A stretch of 64,000 nucleotides of DNA from Candidatus Lutacidiplasma silvani (GTDB taxonomy: Archaea > Thermoplasmatota > Thermoplasmata > Lutacidiplasmatales > UBA184). Below the pieces are notes generated by a model. The model was not told where the DNA came from. It did no database searches and worked only from the letters and a program-made list of their open reading frames with translations. Positions 10,242 to 18,323 of this stretch are shown piece by piece (within the stretch, counting starts at the first letter, position 1; the number at the start of each line of letters is the position of its first letter). A program made the position numbers and the translations under genes. The stretch is from NCBI GenBank assembly GCA_022750295.1, contig JAKIVZ010000001.1, positions 133,651 to 197,650 of the forward strand, given 5' to 3'.

Positions 10242-11039
10242 GTGGGTCGCCAGAGGCGCTCCCCGCTGGGATCGGCTCGGAGCCGGATCCCGACCGGAGT
10301 CGTTCTCGTCCCGGCCGCGGCCGTCCTCCTGAGCGCCTTTGTTCTCCTCGCCCCAACGGCCGCCGGTCAGAAATTGGGCCCTATCGGAAAGCACGGACCT
10401 CCGTTCCACGGGACTACGACCATTGCTCCGACGATCACCCGGGTCGGTTGCAGCGCCTCCGCCTCGTTCCTTGTCCCGCCGAAATTCAACCTCACCACCG
10501 GATTCGGGCACGTCTCCGCGAAGTCCGCCGCCAAGAGCTGCGGGCCCGCCGGCCTCCACGACCTCGGGCAGACGAACGCGACCGTCGGGTTCGACTCCAC
10601 GCCGTTCACGTGGTCGTCGCCGGGCCCAGTACCCGCGAACTTCACCGTCAATTTCACCGTCCGGTTCGTGACCAACCTCTCGGCCACCCTTGGGGCCCCC
10701 GCCGGCGGACCGTCCGCGTGGGCGTACTCGGCGGTCCTGGTCCCCAGCTACCTGTACGACCTGACCGCGGGCACGGCCGCCACCGGGGGCGCGTACTACT
10801 TCCAGGAAACCACGAACGGCTCGTTGACGGGAATCGTGAACGCCACGTGGAACTACCCCGTCCGGGCCACGTTCTCGCCCACGCACATCGTCTCGGACGA
10901 CCAGTACACCGTCGAGTTCTCCGCCTACGCGATCGAGCTCGCGTACGCCCCGGGCCACACGTCGACGAGCGCCACGGCGCTCCGGAACATGGGGACGGGC
11001 AGCGAGAAGTTCAAGGTCGGCTTCTGGGAGCTGGCCTAA
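10242..11039 (+). CDS. secreted protein with signal peptide and multiple N-glycosylation sequons
   Basis: The N-terminus contains a hydrophobic stretch VVLVPAAAVLLSAFVLLAPTAAG. Many N-x-S/T sites follow (NLTT, NATV, NFTV, NLSA, NGSL, NATW). Confidence 0.55.
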   Translation: MGRQRRSPLGSARSRIPTGVVLVPAAAVLLSAFVLLAPTAAGQKLGPIGKHGPPFHGTTTIAPTITRVGCSASASFLVPPKFNLTTGFGHVSAKSAAKSCGPAGLHDLGQTNATVGFDSTPFTWSSPGPVPANFTVNFTVRFVTNLSATLGAPAGGPSAWAYSAVLVPSYLYDLTAGTAATGGAYYFQETTNGSLTGIVNATWNYPVRATFSPTHIVSDDQYTVEFSAYAIELAYAPGHTSTSATALRNMGTGSEKFKVGFWELA

Positions 11040-11379
11040 GTCGGAGCTTCCCGTCGACCCGGGAATCCCCGGGGGGGAATTCCCGTCGGCGATGGAGCTC
11101 TCGCACGGTGTTCCGAGTGACCCCGGCGCTGCGCTCGATCCTGACGACGACCAAACGATCCCCCGTGGTGGTGTAGAACACCCGAGTCGTGCGATCGAGG
11201 GGAAACCGCCAGAGTCCGCGCAGCTCACGAAGTTCTTTGACCCGCACGCCCGGGTGCGACCGGAAAGGCGACGCCCGCAGGAGTTCGAGATTCTCCTTCA
11301 GTCGGCGTCGAAGCCGTGGCGACAATTCACCGACTTCGTCGAGCCCTCGCGGATCGAATTCGACCGAATACAGGCTCAA
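11011..11379 (-). CDS. RelE/ParE-family type II toxin
   Basis: This is the C-terminal part of minus ORF 11011..11913. LYSVEFDPRGLDEVGELSPRLRRRLKENLELLRASPFRSHPGVRVKELRELRGLWRFPLDRTTRVFYTTTGDRLVVVRIERSAGV matches the RelE/ParE pattern. A likely TTG start at 11379 overlaps the antitoxin stop. The start is uncertain. Confidence 0.6.
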   Translation of the reverse strand: MSLYSVEFDPRGLDEVGELSPRLRRRLKENLELLRASPFRSHPGVRVKELRELRGLWRFPLDRTTRVFYTTTGDRLVVVRIERSAGVTRNTVRELHRRREFPPGDSRVDGKLRLRPAPRSRP

Positions 11380-11633
11380 AGACCGAGCCTCTTGTACGCC
11401 TCTTCGGCGGGGATGGTCTTCGCCTTGCCGCCCCCCAAGTCGGCCACCCTCCGTCGGAGCTCCGCCATGGTCTCCGGGGGGTAGTACTCCTCCGCGAGCT
11501 CCTGAAGGAGTTCGTCGTACGACTCGCCCGGACGTTTCATCGACTCGAGCAGATGACGCGTGCTGGATCGGATCGTGATCGTGGTGGGGCGGTCGGCGAG
11601 CGCCATCGATGGCAATAGCTGGCCAATTGGCAT
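11376..11633 (-). CDS. putative antitoxin (RelB/ParD-like) of RelE/ParE pair
   Basis: An 85-aa reading from the internal ATG at 11633 (MPIGQLLPSMALADRPTTITIRSSTRHLLESMKRPGESYDELLQELAEEYY...). It lies immediately upstream of, and overlaps, the toxin gene. Confidence 0.5.
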   Translation of the reverse strand: MPIGQLLPSMALADRPTTITIRSSTRHLLESMKRPGESYDELLQELAEEYYPPETMAELRRRVADLGGGKAKTIPAEEAYKRLGL

Positions 11634-11905
11634 AAGGTTTCCCTCCCCAACCCCGTGACCCGGGCGGCAGGATCGAGAGTTGGTTCGCGGGGGCGGCACG
11701 ACGGCGACGTTCGTTTCCCCGCCCGAGGTTCCGACCGGGAGGGCTTGCTCTGAGGGGGGTTCCGCACGAGTTCCGGGGCACGGACCCGATTCTCCCTGCC
11801 CCGGGGCGGGCGGTCCCCCCATCGCCGGTACGGACCTCCCCGGCGGCTCGGTGGCTCGTTCGCCTTCGACCCGAGCACCCGATTCTGGAGGGCCCCGGGG
11901 CCGGC

Positions 11906-12391
11906 TCAGCCAACGCGGAGATCAGGGGGGATGCTCTCGGAGGCCCCGCAGTGTGGGCACCGGGCGCTCCACGTCGGAACGTGGCGTCCGCAGGTCGGGC
12001 AAAGCGGGCCTAGGGCGTCGAACGAGAATGCGGGGCTGGCGGCCCGCGGACTCGTCCGCCAACACGGAGACCCGATCAAGGCTCCGCCGACGATCCCGAA
12101 GAGCCACCCGAGGTAGAATCCCCCGCCCGCCAACAACGAGGCCCCGCCCAGCACGATGATCGCGACCCCCGCGGCACCGGCGCGATGCGGTCGCGAAGTG
12201 GCGAGCGCGGCGAGGGCGATGATCGCCGGTCCGAGAACGAATCCGGCGACGCCGACCCCGACGGCAAGCGGGGTGTTGAACGGGAGGAAGAACGCCCCCA
12301 GAAGCACGAGGGCTCCGCCGAGCGTTGCAATCAGCCCGGCGGTCTGGGGTCCGAGCGCCCGCCGGCGGACCGGGATGAGCACGGGGAACAC
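11906..12391 (-). CDS. polytopic membrane protein with C-terminal Cys4 zinc ribbon
   Basis: About four hydrophobic helices are followed by CPTCGRHVPTWSARCPHCG. It lies 58 nt downstream of the HerA-like ATPase on the same strand. Confidence 0.55.
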   Translation of the reverse strand: MFPVLIPVRRRALGPQTAGLIATLGGALVLLGAFFLPFNTPLAVGVGVAGFVLGPAIIALAALATSRPHRAGAAGVAIIVLGGASLLAGGGFYLGWLFGIVGGALIGSPCWRTSPRAASPAFSFDALGPLCPTCGRHVPTWSARCPHCGASESIPPDLRVG

Positions 12392-12449
12392 GGGAAGGTG
12401 ACCTCGACCGGCCTGATATCGTTCGGTGGACGGCCACGCCGTCCGGCGC

Positions 12450-13934
12450 CTAGTTGTTCTCTACGATGGGCACCGACTCGCCGCCGTGGCGGGTGGCGCG
12501 GGGTCGGACCTCACAGAAGAGCGGGGTGTGGTAGCCGCCGCCGGTGACGAGCGCCACCCCGACGGGGAGCGACTGGATCATCTCGGTCATCCCCTCGGTG
12601 AGACCCTCGATCGACTGGGCGATCGCCTTCAGGTCGAGCGGGTTCGTCACCTGCAGGATCAGCTGCGTGTTGCACTGCGAGAGGACCGACTTGTCGATCC
12701 GCGCCGCCCGCTGGGTGACGCAGCAGAGTCCGAGGCCGAACTTCCGTCCCTCGCTCGCGATGTTCTTCAGGATCCGCGAGCACGTCGCCGTGCCCTGCTG
12801 CGGAGCGTAATTGTGCGCCTCCTCGATGACGAGGAACAGTGGCGGGATCTTTCCCTTCTTCCGGTTGTCGAAGAGCGTCGAGGCGATCCGGGCGACGACC
12901 AGCTCCTGGACGTCGGGCGCGACCCCCCGCAGGTTGATCAGCGTCGCCTTCCCCTTCTGGACGAGCTCGGCCAGGCTGGTCCCCTGGGGGCCGAGGAGCT
13001 TCGTCTGCTCGAGATACTCGAGCCGCTCGTGGAGCGTCTCGGCGATCGCGCCTTCCCCGCCCTCGGCGGCGTGGACGAGGTCCTTCACGGTGAAGTCGGG
13101 GTGGGTGGCCGCGACCGCCTCGAGGATCGACTTGAGCGGGGCCAGGAACGACTTGACGTTCGTCAGGCCCATGAAGACGAGCAGGTCCCGCGGCTCGATA
13201 TTGCGGAGACTGAACGTCAGCGGCTTCGCCGTCGGGTTCAGGGACACGTCGGGGGAGAACTCCTGGATCTGTTGGGCGAACCCCTGTGCTTCGACGTGGA
13301 AGCGGGCGTGGACCCCGTTCGCCTCGGCGGGCCGGCGGAGCGAGCCATACTCGCCGTGCGGGTCGATGATGAGGCACGTCACCTTGTGCCGGAGCAGTTC
13401 CTCGATGAGCACCCCAAGAAGGTAGCTCTTCCCGCCGCCGGTCTTCGCGAGGACTGAGACGTGGCGCTGGACGAGCTGGTTGATGTCGAGCTCGATCCGC
13501 AGCGAGTGGTTCCGCAGCAGCCCGACGTAGGCGCCCACGTTGCCCCGGTGCTTCAGGCCGAGCACATCGGCGATGAGCGGCTCCTCCGCGAGGAATACCT
13601 TCGCTCCCGGACGGAACGGGATCGTCGGGAGCTTGACGAGCCCCTGCCCGTCGCGGTAGCCGACGACGCGGGCGACGCCGAGGAGATTCTGGTGGATCGG
13701 CGTGTCGGTCCCATGGCCGAGGAGGTCGGCGTGCTCGATGTCGAGGTCGCTCTTGCGGCGGAGGTCGTCGAGCTGGCAGAGGACCGCCCCGTGGAGCTCG
13801 TCCTCGACGGTGAGGTAGTCGCCCCGCTCGACGGGCTTCGTGAGGCTCAGGTGGAACCGACCGAGCCCGACGTCGCCGTAGATCCGGCCGATCTCGTCCA
13901 CGGGCGTTTCAGCGGAGGTATCCGTTATTAGCAT
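12450..13934 (-). CDS. HerA/FtsK-superfamily ATPase (DUF87, HAS-barrel + P-loop)
   Basis: The Walker A motif is LAKTGGGKSYLLGVLIEEL and the Walker B motif is PPLFLVIEEAHNYAP, with an N-terminal HAS-barrel-like region. The start was taken at the ATG at 13934 (MLITDT). Confidence 0.8.
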   Translation of the reverse strand: MLITDTSAETPVDEIGRIYGDVGLGRFHLSLTKPVERGDYLTVEDELHGAVLCQLDDLRRKSDLDIEHADLLGHGTDTPIHQNLLGVARVVGYRDGQGLVKLPTIPFRPGAKVFLAEEPLIADVLGLKHRGNVGAYVGLLRNHSLRIELDINQLVQRHVSVLAKTGGGKSYLLGVLIEELLRHKVTCLIIDPHGEYGSLRRPAEANGVHARFHVEAQGFAQQIQEFSPDVSLNPTAKPLTFSLRNIEPRDLLVFMGLTNVKSFLAPLKSILEAVAATHPDFTVKDLVHAAEGGEGAIAETLHERLEYLEQTKLLGPQGTSLAELVQKGKATLINLRGVAPDVQELVVARIASTLFDNRKKGKIPPLFLVIEEAHNYAPQQGTATCSRILKNIASEGRKFGLGLCCVTQRAARIDKSVLSQCNTQLILQVTNPLDLKAIAQSIEGLTEGMTEMIQSLPVGVALVTGGGYHTPLFCEVRPRATRHGGESVPIVENN

Positions 13935-14080
13935 GACGCGGGACGCGAAGCCGCCCGTCGCCGTCGCCGGGCCGCCGACCGCCGGAGCCCTCTCCATCGT
14001 CGGAGAAGCGCTTATATTCCGGGCGTTGGTCGAACGACCATTCCCCGACCTCGCCGAGACCTCGGTAGGCGGTTCCTTCG

Positions 14081-14944
14081 TTGACCGACGCCAGTGATGA
14101 GTTGGAACGGAAGCGCGCCGAATCGAACGCGCGTGCCGACGAGCACCGCGCTCGCCGGGACAAGCTCAACGGCGAGGCCCGCACCTTCGCCGACGAGCGG
14201 GCCCGCATCATCGACGAACTTCATGCCCGCAGCGCGGACGCCCAGGACCACCGGCACCATCGGGACGACCTGAACGAGCAGGTCCGCGAGGCGAAGCGGC
14301 TCCGCGAGGAGTGGAACGGCAAGCTGCAGGTCGTCTCCGACAAGGTTGCCGAGATGAAGCGGACCCGGGCGCCCCGCGCCCAGGGCGCGGTCCCCGTCTG
14401 GCGCCTCCGGAAGGACCTCAAGGAGCTCGAATTCCGGCACATGACGAGCGCGCTCACTCCGGACCAGGAGAAGCGGCTCATCGAGGAGATGAAGCGGCTC
14501 CAGGCCGCGATCAAGGAGCAGGACGAGCAATTCCGCGCCGACCCCGAGGTCGACACGGCGATCGCCGACCTCGCCGTCGCGCGCGACGAGGCGGAGAAGC
14601 ACCACCGGGCCGTCGGCGAGCTCGCCGAGGAGGCGCAGCGGCAGCACGAGGAGATGGTGAAGCTCTACGAATCGGTCGACGAGCTTCGGCGCCAGGCCGA
14701 CGACGTCCAGGTGAAGCTCATCGAGGTGAAGGCGTCGGCCGACGAGGCGCACCGGGCCCACATCGCGGCGATCGAGGAGGTCCGCGACTACGAGAAGATG
14801 CTCTACGCGGCCCGCGGCGGCCGCGCCCCGTCGAGCTGGGCCGACGAGCCGCCCAAGGAGGAGGACTTCCTCGCCCGCCTGAAGAAGGGGGAGAAGGTCT
14901 CCACCGCCGACCTGCTCGAGCTCCAGAAGACCGGCCGGGGCTGA
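14081..14944 (+). CDS. archaeal coiled-coil protein (COG1340-like)
   Basis: A 287-aa protein that is highly charged with heptad-like E/R/K/A/L-rich composition and a TTG start. This family is widely conserved in archaea, but the assignment here is by composition and size only. Confidence 0.5.
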   Translation: MTDASDELERKRAESNARADEHRARRDKLNGEARTFADERARIIDELHARSADAQDHRHHRDDLNEQVREAKRLREEWNGKLQVVSDKVAEMKRTRAPRAQGAVPVWRLRKDLKELEFRHMTSALTPDQEKRLIEEMKRLQAAIKEQDEQFRADPEVDTAIADLAVARDEAEKHHRAVGELAEEAQRQHEEMVKLYESVDELRRQADDVQVKLIEVKASADEAHRAHIAAIEEVRDYEKMLYAARGGRAPSSWADEPPKEEDFLARLKKGEKVSTADLLELQKTGRG

Positions 14945-14956
14945 GGTCGTTCGCCG

Positions 14957-15748
14957 ATGCCCGACCCCTCCGAGGGGGCGACCCGCGCCGTCCTGTTCGA
15001 CCTCGACGACACGCTCGTTCCGTTCCAGACCCTCGCCCACTGGCAGTGGGCGTGGAAGCCCCAGGGGCCGGCGCTCCCGGAGCGCCACGCCCGTTCCGCC
15101 ATCCGCCGTTCGCTCCGCAGCTGGGACCGACGCCGCTGGCAAGGTCTGGTGGGGGCGGCCCCATCGGTCGGGCCCGCCGACTACCGGGTCTTCCTCCACG
15201 ATACGCTTCTCGCGATCGCCGACCGGCCGGTCGCCGATTCGGAGGTCGAGAGCGTGGTCGACCGGTTCCTCCGTCCTTCCCCCCACGGGGAATCCCACCC
15301 CGACGTGGCCCCCGCCCTCGTCTGGCTCCAAGCCCACGGGGTGCCGTTCGGAGTCCTGACCCCGTTACCGGAGCCCGTCGCGAGGGCGTACCTGGCCCGC
15401 GCCGGCCTCGGCGCGAACGTACCGCTCTTCGCGGATCCGAGTTCGGCCGACGCCCCCCGACTCCCCGCCGCGGGCGCGTTCCGGTCCGCCCGGAACGCGT
15501 TGGTCGGACGGTCGGGCCGGGTGGTGTACCTGGGCGACCTCTACTGGAGCGACGTGCGGGCCGCGGCCCGCGCCGGATTGGGGGCCGTCTTATTGGACCG
15601 GCATGATCTGTTCGAGGGGCTGGGCGGAGCCCGAATCGGGTCCCTCGCAGAGCTTCCGGCACTTCTCGACGCCGTAGCCGCCCCGGGGTCCCCCGTGGGC
15701 TTGAACGACGGTGCCGGGGGTCCGGCAGAACCGGGCGGCCCGGCGTAG
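14957..15748 (+). CDS. HAD-superfamily hydrolase
   Basis: Motif I VLFDLDDTLV (DxDxT) is present, followed by a C-terminal YLGD motif IV-like region. Confidence 0.7.
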   Translation: MPDPSEGATRAVLFDLDDTLVPFQTLAHWQWAWKPQGPALPERHARSAIRRSLRSWDRRRWQGLVGAAPSVGPADYRVFLHDTLLAIADRPVADSEVESVVDRFLRPSPHGESHPDVAPALVWLQAHGVPFGVLTPLPEPVARAYLARAGLGANVPLFADPSSADAPRLPAAGAFRSARNALVGRSGRVVYLGDLYWSDVRAAARAGLGAVLLDRHDLFEGLGGARIGSLAELPALLDAVAAPGSPVGLNDGAGGPAEPGGPA

Positions 15749-15924
15749 GCCGACGTTCCACCCCCGGTCGCGGACTCGCCGACCGCCACGAGGTCGGCCC
15801 GTTCCGGAAGGGACGCACTCCGGACGCGGGGCGGAGGGCGTCCGGGGCACTCGGGGCACCCACCGGTGCGTCGACGCGACGTCGGCGCGCGAGTTCCGCC
15901 AATACCTATATAATTCCCCCGTCG

Positions 15925-16341
15925 GTGCTGCGGCCGACCATGCGCTACGTGAAGCTCAACCAATCGGAGCTCCACCGCGTCCTCGAGCTGTACGAGGGCG
16001 TGATGTCCCACGCCTGCCACGGTCTGTTCTTCAAGGAAGGGTCGGTCCTCGGCGCCGACATGGCCGAGGAGGCGCTGAAGGACCGGGCGAAGTACTTCCA
16101 GCGGGCCTCGGAGATCCTGAAGGAGCGGGGCTGGCTCGAAGAGATTCATTTCAAGGACGGAGAAGTCACAGTCAAGGGGTCGATCGAGGTCTCCCCGAGC
16201 GACATCCCGACCTGCCACCGGCTGCGGGGCATCCTCCGCGAGTTCTACGAACGTTTTAAAGGGTCGCGCGTCAAATGCACGGAAGAGATGTGTGCCTCCA
16301 CCGGGTCCCCGGAATGCCATTTCCGAATCGAAGAGATGTAA
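15925..16341 (+). CDS. V4R domain protein
   Basis: The C-terminal CHRLRGILREFYERF...VKCTEEMCASTGSPECHFRIEE matches the V4R pattern C-x3-G...E-x2-C-x3-G-x2-C-x-F. Confidence 0.6.
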   Translation: MLRPTMRYVKLNQSELHRVLELYEGVMSHACHGLFFKEGSVLGADMAEEALKDRAKYFQRASEILKERGWLEEIHFKDGEVTVKGSIEVSPSDIPTCHRLRGILREFYERFKGSRVKCTEEMCASTGSPECHFRIEEM

Positions 16342-16357
16342 TTAGGAGAATCCGGGA

Positions 16358-16717
16358 ATGATGGCCACAGGCAACGTAGGCGCCGTAATCAAGGACCTCA
16401 AGACCCGCATCGGCGGGATCGCCGCCGCCCTGGTCTCTCGGGACGGCCTCGTCCTGTACGCCGACGTTCCCGCGGGGGTCTACACCGAGACGTTCGCCAT
16501 CATGTGCGCCACGATCCTCGGAGCCGCCGCGACCGCCAACACCGAGCTCAACCGGGCCCCTCCGGAGAAGATCGTCATCGAAGGGAACGACTCGAAGACC
16601 GTCATCGTCGGGAGCGGCAAGAAGGCCCTCCTGGTCGCGGTCGTCGACCAGTCGGCCGACGCGAACCGCGTCCTCGCCGAGGTCGGCAAGGTCGCCGAGC
16701 TCCTGAAGACCAGCTAG
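16358..16717 (+). CDS. Roadblock/LC7 (MglB-like) domain protein
   Basis: A 119-aa protein with IGGIAAALVSRDGLVLYADVP and a later LLVAVVDQSADANRV, a typical Roadblock fold signature. Confidence 0.7.
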   Translation: MMATGNVGAVIKDLKTRIGGIAAALVSRDGLVLYADVPAGVYTETFAIMCATILGAAATANTELNRAPPEKIVIEGNDSKTVIVGSGKKALLVAVVDQSADANRVLAEVGKVAELLKTS

Positions 16718-16847
16718 GTCCGGACCGTCGTCCCGAGTCGCCGTCTGGGCCATCGGTTCCGGTGTCGCACTGCCCACTCGGGGCCGCGCACTTCTGGGTG
16801 TCGCGCCTCGCGCCCAGGCGGAGCCGCGCTCCTCCTCGGGGCCCCCC

Positions 16848-17156
16848 ATGACGCCGATCGTGGTCTTCGAGGTCATCGGGATCGCGGCGGTGATCGTGGT
16901 GGCGGCCGCGATCGGTCTCCCGTACCTGGTCAGTTCCCGCCGGAATCGGAAATTCGGGACCCACGGGTTCGTCCAGCACTCCCGCCTGACCTGCCCGAAA
17001 TGCCACGGGGTGTTCGATTACAGCTGGTACCCGGGCATGGCGTTCACCGCCGTCCGCCTCGGACCGGGGCGGTACATGGCGTGCCCGCTGTGCCACCACT
17101 GGTCGTACTTCCGAATTTGGGACGCCCCACCGCCCCCGACGACCCCCGCGACCTGA
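16848..17156 (+). CDS. small membrane protein with TM helix and CxxC...CxxC zinc-binding motif
   Basis: An N-terminal TM helix IVVFEVIGIAAVIVVAAAIGLPYLV is followed by CPKCHG...CPLCHHW. Confidence 0.45.
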   Translation: MTPIVVFEVIGIAAVIVVAAAIGLPYLVSSRRNRKFGTHGFVQHSRLTCPKCHGVFDYSWYPGMAFTAVRLGPGRYMACPLCHHWSYFRIWDAPPPPTTPAT

Positions 17157-17171
17157 AGGCCCGCCCGTCCG

Positions 17172-18053
17172 CTACGACGCGCGGCCCGCCGACCCGTCCG
17201 GGGTCCCCGACTCGTTCTCTCGGGGGGCCCCGGCGGCGACCCCCGGAGCGAGCCGCTCCCCGAAGCCGGTGAGGACCCGGCAGAAGTATCCCGCGAGCGC
17301 CGCGACGAGGCGGATCCAGGAGATCAGCGTCTTCTGGTTGGACATCAGCCGACGGACCCGGTAGTTTCCCCAGAGGCTCCCGTGCTTCTCGGTCAGTTGC
17401 TTTCGCCCGTACCCGTTCCAGAACGCCTGGAGAAGGAACCGGACGAACGTCGCGCGCATCTGGTGGTTGACGATCGCCCTCGGCGCGAACCGGATCGTGG
17501 CGCCCCGCTCGACCGCGCGGAGGTTCAGGTCGATGTCCTCGGCGGTGATGAACCGCGGGTCGAACCCCCCGAGGGCGAGGAAGAGCGAGCGCCGGTAGCC
17601 GAGGTTGCAGCTCGGATAGGTGACGTCGTTCCCGCGCTGGAACAACTCGACGCGCTCGAGGGCGCCGTACGACGCCGAGCCGACCGCCTTGGTCTCGCCG
17701 GCGGCGACGTCGCCCTCCCGGAGGGCCGCCCGGATCTCGGCAAGCCACCGGGAGTCCGCGAAGCAATCCCCGTCGATGAACGCCACGAACTCGCCGCGGG
17801 CGTGCGCGACGGCCGCGTTCCGGCCGATCCCGCGGGACCCGTACTTCTGCGCGACCCGGATCAGCGCCGGGTGCGCGGCCGCATACGTCCGGAGGATGTC
17901 CCACGTCCCATCGTGGGAGAGCGCGTCGACGACGACGACCTCGAACGGCCCCTCCTGCGCGAGCAGGGATTCGAGCAGTTGGGCGATGTGGCTTCGCTCG
18001 TTCTTGACGGTGGCGACGACGGAGATGAACGTCGGGGAGGGACTACTTCCCAA
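17172..18053 (-). CDS. glycosyltransferase family 2
   Basis: The sequence has a GT-A fold with VVVDALSHDGT, a DGD motif (FIDGDCF) and AEDIDLNLR. Confidence 0.85.
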   Translation of the reverse strand: MGSSPSPTFISVVATVKNERSHIAQLLESLLAQEGPFEVVVVDALSHDGTWDILRTYAAAHPALIRVAQKYGSRGIGRNAAVAHARGEFVAFIDGDCFADSRWLAEIRAALREGDVAAGETKAVGSASYGALERVELFQRGNDVTYPSCNLGYRRSLFLALGGFDPRFITAEDIDLNLRAVERGATIRFAPRAIVNHQMRATFVRFLLQAFWNGYGRKQLTEKHGSLWGNYRVRRLMSNQKTLISWIRLVAALAGYFCRVLTGFGERLAPGVAAGAPRENESGTPDGSAGRAS

Positions 18054-18285
18054 GTTCCATCACGACGACGTCCTTGACCGCGCGCATGCTCTTGAAGGGG
18101 AGCACGAGCCGGCCGGACGCGTCGTTGGGGAACAGCCGGGCCTCGACGTCTTCGCCCGGAGTGACGAGGACGTGGGCGATCGATCCGGTCTGGGTGTCGA
18201 CGACGAAGTTCTCGATCAATCCGAGGATCTGGCCGTCGTTGGTCATCACGGTCTTTCCCCGGAGCTCGGTCAGGAACTTGCGCAT
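18043..18285 (-). CDS. PRC-barrel domain protein
   Basis: The internal ATG at 18285 begins MRKFLTELRGKTVMTNDGQILGLIENFVVDTQTGSIAHVLV. A TATA-like TTAAATAT lies about 25-30 nt upstream on the coding strand. Confidence 0.65.
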   Translation of the reverse strand: MRKFLTELRGKTVMTNDGQILGLIENFVVDTQTGSIAHVLVTPGEDVEARLFPNDASGRLVLPFKSMRAVKDVVVMELGK

Positions 18286-18315
18286 GTCGGCCTCATGCGC
18301 CAACTCCCGGAGTCG

Positions 18316-18323
18316 ATATTTAA
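18316..18323 (-). promoter_or_regulatory. TATA box (TTAAATAT on minus strand) for PRC-barrel gene
   Basis: An AT-rich octamer in otherwise about 70% GC DNA, about 25-30 nt upstream of the ATG at 18285. Confidence 0.4.

Noticed and set aside
13997-14081. TATA-like CTTATATTC at about 14011..14020 as a shared promoter for the divergent HerA-like and coiled-coil genes
   Set aside because: Its distance to either start (about 60-75 nt) is longer than is typical for archaeal leaderless or short-leader transcripts, so the assignment is ambiguous. It is noted but not annotated.
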